The notes under the pieces are model-generated. The model saw nothing but the letters and a program-made list of their open reading frames with translations, had not been told where the DNA came from and made no database searches. Positions 59,701 through 64,000 of a stretch of DNA of 64,000 nt are shown here, one piece after another. Every line of letters begins with the position of its first letter. The first letter of the stretch is position 1. Made by a program: the position numbers and the translations under genes. The stretch spans positions 39,492 to 103,491 of IMG/VR virus record IMGVR_UViG_3300045988_019695. One strand, written 5' to 3'. The stretch comes from a virus.

Positions 59701-62227
59701 TTACAGGATCTGTAATTGCGTTAAGCTCTTGTACAAAAGCAGCATTATCCTAATCGTAATCAGTCTAATCAGATACCCATTGATTGAATGATCTTAACTC
59801 TATAGCCATTCTATACTTATCGTCTTCCTTCTTTTCTCCATTAGGATAGAATGGATTAGATAACTACTCAGCTTCTTCTTTTGCCAGCAAATAAGCTTTC
59901 TACTACTCTGGAGATAGATCTTCGTAATGTACTGTTCCGTCTTTTCTTGTAGCCTGTTTTGCATAATATCTAAGGTCCTCGTCTATTCTTTGTTTTTCTC
60001 TTATAGTGTCTGGAGATAAACCATGACCATGAGGATTAGCAGGTATAGGATCATTCTTGGTTTTAGGATAATATATAGGAACCGAACGCATCTCTTGGTA
60101 GTATTTTCTAGTGTACTACTTTATTCTTCTACCATCATCAAATGCATCCATCTCGTCAAGATAATCATAATATTTCGGTCTCTACCAACCAGATGAAGTA
60201 TACTTCCATCTTTCCTAATATACACTACAACCAGTCTTCTTGTCTATAAGTTCTCCAGTATCTTCGTCCTATTCGTAGCCATATTTTTCCATTAAGCGCT
60301 CCTGCTCTTTGCGCCTATCCTGTTCGTACTATCCTTGGTTGTACTCGGTTCTAAAATTACCTGTAGCTTTACCATCTCTGTCAAATTCCATCAAAACCAT
60401 CTCTGGATTTCCCGGAACAAGCTTACTCATAGTTTTCCAAGCATTACGTCTAAGTGCATCTATTTTGTGACCAATATTGTTTACGAACACCTGCCTGTCG
60501 TAGTCAATATCATTAACTTTGTTATACAATATTCTAAGTATAGGAGAACTAGATCTTCCATACATTCCTGCCCACATCTCTAGCCAGTTAATGTCTCCAT
60601 ACATAGCCTGTCTAAGAAGCCAGTCCTCTGCAACAATCTTAGCATTCTCTATATTACCAAGGCCCATATTATCATCTATGTATTGGTCTACAATATTAGT
60701 TGTAAGCGCATGTAACGCATTTCTATACAATACTGAAATATCCTACATAGATGCATTTATCTAATCTATATGAGTCTTTAATATAGCAGGGAAGCTACCG
60801 AACACCTTAGCTGAATTTATTTGATTTAACACCTCTTTAAAGAAGCCTATAGAGTTCTTGTCTATATCTATGAGCTATTGAGCTGTAATACCTTTAAAGT
60901 CATTCTTTCTAGCGTTCTCTAAGAACTTATATATAGAGCCATCTGTTATATTTCCATTTTGGTCCATATATCCAATTCTATCTACAACGTAATTTACAAA
61001 TGTACAGATAGCATCATCATCAGACTGTCTCTACATTTTTTGCATAGTCTAGAATAGCTTGTCCTATATCTTTATCTATGATGGTGTTTTTGAAACAATA
61101 TGGTCATAGGTATCAAATAGGTCCTACAATCTCTGTATAGCCTCATCTTTGCTAAGTGTATTATCAGCCATAAGCTAGAACTTAGCTTTATTTTCAAGTC
61201 TTACTTTATTAAATTCTGCTGATACTTTAACCTAGTTAATATCTATATTAAGCAAGAATGACTACGCCAAATACTCGTGTAACATTTCTTTATTAGATTC
61301 ATCTATAACCAAGTCTTTAAATGCGTCTCTAACCTACGTATTAAACTGCTCCCATATATCAGCTGCCTTTGTACGCTCAGCAATATCATTAGCTTTATTA
61401 ACAAGTATATCTACAAGCTTTTCCTCTGCTTCTGTTATATTTTTTATCTTGTACTGACTCATAATGTCAGATAGAGCCTTTTGTACCATCTGTGAGTTCT
61501 AGAACATATCAAGATAATGATGGCAGATCTCATGAGATTCAGTGTTAAGTTTTGCAGAACTTCTTCCAAATGCTACTTTAATCACATTTCCTATAGCGCT
61601 AAGCTTATTAGATATGTACTAGCCAGAAGCTTTTGCAATATCTTTTAATGATGTATTACGTATATAGTCTACGAACTATATCTGCAAATCTTTAGAAGAT
61701 AAGAGTATATTGCCTTCCTTATCTACTGATTTTGTAAGACCAAATGATTTCTCCAATCTATCTGCCAAAGTAGTGTGCAAACGTTCGTATTCTGCCTAAT
61801 TCCAGGCCTCTGTAGCCTCTCTAACAGTCTTGCCTTCCTACTACTAGGCAAGGATAAAATTATCCTTTCTAGAGCCATAATTTTGAGCCATAGAGCTAAA
61901 TGATTTAGCGTCAAACTATAATGCTCCATTATAGTTATCTAAGTCATCTATTGTAGGCTCTACTCTATCCTATGTCCAGTCATAGTGATCTTCTATGAAC
62001 TTTGACGTAAATATAGTAGCCTTCTCCAATATGGCTTTTTCTCTACTACCTCCATTACGCTGTAATAAATCTTTATACAGTGCGGAGTCTTTACCATTTA
62101 AATCCTTATCTAAAGGATATCCGTTGTTCTATGATAAGGCATAATAGGCAGCCTCTCGGCTACCTAAAATACCCTCATATTCATTTAACAACGCTTCGTT
62201 TTCTTTATTTCTTAACAAACACGTCAT
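56747..62227 (-). CDS. giant virion-associated protein candidate, 1,826 codons (TAG read as sense)
   Basis: ATG 62227, TAA 56747. Six track ORFs between 57527 and 60730 share this frame. I checked the frame triplets for 56747-57529, 58861-60331 and 60721-62227: only TAG interrupts, dozens of times. The short gaps 57710-57880, 58139-58168 and 58382-58447 were not checked triplet by triplet. Confidence 0.7.
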
Positions 62228-62232
62228 AATAA

Positions 62233-64000
62233 TTATTTATTACAGTCGTCCTATCTTCTCTTTCCGAGCTCTTTAAGATCGTCTTTTATTTCTTGTTCGT
62301 TCTTTACCTTGTAGTCATTTTTAGAGAATGTCTTCTAGTATACAGCCTTTATAGCATTAGCAGCCTTCAAAGCTTTATCGTATCCTACATAACCTTCTCT
62401 ATCAACCCACTATCCGTTTTTATTAACTTTATAGTTCTATATATTTCTAGTACCAACTCCAGCAAAAGATTTTGTTAATACAGGTGTGTCTTCTACTTCG
62501 AATTTACCTGTAGATTGATTATACTAATACCAGCTTTCTGTGTTCAAGTCGTATACATGTACAGGTTTACCCTATTTAATACCAACTTGTACAGCCATAT
62601 TAGTACCACCTTCTACAGCTTTCTGTGAGCTAGTTATATTAGCTATAGCAAATACTCCGTCAGACTTATCTACCTGATAAAAGTCTCTTGCAAGTAATTC
62701 TCCAGCAAGTGTATAAGGAAGCTCTCTTCCAGTTAACTGCTTTATCTATTCTCTTGCATAGTTAGATTGTTCATGAGTAATTGAGAAAGGTTTAACATTT
62801 TTATCCCTAAGAGTTTTAGACATATTCTAATTATCTATAGGTCTAAAATGATTTATCTTTGTTAAACCAAACTACCTACCTATAACATCCCAATATGTAT
62901 CACCACCATAAGCTCCACCAGAGTTCATTGTATAATCTTGCGGATTATTATTATGCTTTTGCTATGTTACCTATTTTTCGTCTGTTCTAGTAAATGCGTT
63001 ATCCTTTAATGTTCCATCTTCGTTGTAGTAGTTAAGCATCTTATCACTATTATGATGCGCATAACAATACATACAACTAGACGCACAATTACTATTGTAT
63101 CTAAGGATATCAACCTTACCACCATAACAAGTACAAAGCTATCTTTGTCTATTATTTGCTTCAGCCTTATCTTCTATATGTGTTCCAAGAATATTATTTA
63201 TCTACTGTACTGACAAACATCCTTGTTTGCTTATGCCTGGTATAATACCTGGTTCTGCACACGTAGATAATTTTACTCCATATTTATTTGCTATCTTAAG
63301 CATCTCTTCGGATATTCTTTTAACCTTTTCTGGACTTGCATTAGGTTTAAATTCTCCATTAGCAAGTTTTTCGTATCCATTCTTTTCATAATCATATCCA
63401 AGATTCTTCATAAAGATTGATGTTGTACGGTAATAATCCATTACAGAGAATTTAACGTTCTTTATGCCAAATTCAGATGCTCTTTTTATAAGCTATTCTA
63501 CATCTGGAATCTATGTAACACCTGGTACAATTGGATCGATTCTAAGTGTAACCATTTTTGGATCAAGGCCTTGTTTTATAAACTTGCCAACACGTTCAAT
63601 CATATCTTGCCACTTCATTACACCAGGCTCCCACTTTGTTCCGCCAAGAGTAGTTATACTAAAATGTATAATCTTAGGCTTTTGTATACTAAGTATTCTT
63701 CTCATTGGAAGCCCATCGTGCTTTGTGATAATGTATAAAGCATCCATGTCATTAGCTGTAAGAGTATTACCACGATAATCTTGTACTGTTGTTTTTCCAC
63801 TAAAGAAATCTTCAAGCTATTTAGCAAAGAATGCTGGGTCTGTCTTTTCTGAAGCTACAGCTATTCTAGGATGAGTATCGCTACCAGTAAACGGATGTAA
63901 TGCAAGAATTTCTTCGTTTGTAAGAATAGTATTAGGAGAACTTATTGTCTTCTAAGCCTATTCATAAGAAACATTATGAGTATCCTTGTGTTCTGTACTA
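62233..64000 (-). CDS. DUF1848-like domain fused to a Rossmann/SLOG-like domain; N-terminus outside the window (TAG read as sense)
   Basis: Frame checked over 62221-63540 and 63721-64000: only TAGs; TAA at 62233. Motifs: ITTLGGTKWEPGV, TLRIDPIVPGVT, STCAEPG, LCTCYGGKVDILRYNSNCASSCMYCYAH, then NSGGAYGGDTYWDVIGR...GGTNMAVQVGIK. Confidence 0.55.

Noticed and set aside
56747-62227. Calling the giant gene the crAss-type virion RNA polymerase
   Set aside because: I could not find the Asp-rich DxDGD-like catalytic signature in my translation, so the function is left open.
1-64000. TGA or TAA reassignment
   Set aside because: Every merged late gene I traced terminates at a TAA or TGA, with sensible gene junctions (ATGA overlaps, short spacers). 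Neither codon occurs in-frame inside the conserved proteins I checked.

Overview
This 64-kb window looks like part of a tailed-phage genome with crAss-like (Crassvirales-type) gene content. This is inferred from gene order, A-rich Shine-Dalgarno-less leaders (ATTATCAAAATG) typical of Bacteroidota hosts, and the coding peculiarities below.

There are three transcription blocks:
- 1-25,726, minus strand: small genes, a four-gene tRNA cluster, dUTPase, two fibre genes, terminase, portal, a GIY-YIG endonuclease, a glucosaminidase-domain virion protein, scaffold-like and capsid genes, and head-tail genes.
- 26,012-56,730, plus strand: about 45 mostly small genes plus a replication/recombination module. 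The module holds B-family DNA polymerase, DnaB-like helicase, primase, a Sak4-like ATPase, SSB, RecB-like and endonuclease-I-like nucleases, an AAA ATPase and an ECF-type sigma factor.
- 56,747-64,000, minus strand: a 1,826-codon giant gene and a DUF1848-like fusion gene.

Main observations:
1. The ORF track fragments almost every late gene because TAG is used in-frame dozens of times. Reading TAG as sense joins the fragments into continuous genes that all end in TAA or TGA. I checked TerL, portal, both large fibre/giant genes and several others codon by codon.
2. An amber-suppressor tRNA (anticodon CUA) lies at 23,492-23,564, next to an initiator-type tRNA. Two TAGs in the GIY-YIG gene sit where I-TevI has Gln, and others lie in poly-Q runs, which favours TAG=Gln.
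3. The plus-strand block uses the standard code, except for one gene with five in-frame TAGs (26,419-26,874).
4. Two genes (major capsid candidate, Sak4-like ATPase) appear to be split by HNH-carrying group-I-like introns.
5. Four ORF-free, helix-rich islands interrupt the plus block: 29.2-30.0, 35.0-35.8, 39.8-41.9 and 52.0-52.6 kb.
   - The first contains a sequence matching the complete hammerhead ribozyme core (29,506-29,562).
   - The second carries four tandem copies of a 17-nt motif that recurs upstream of a highly expressed gene.

Functions are assigned from motifs I can read in the translations. No database search was run, and coordinates of intron boundaries and RNA ends are approximate.
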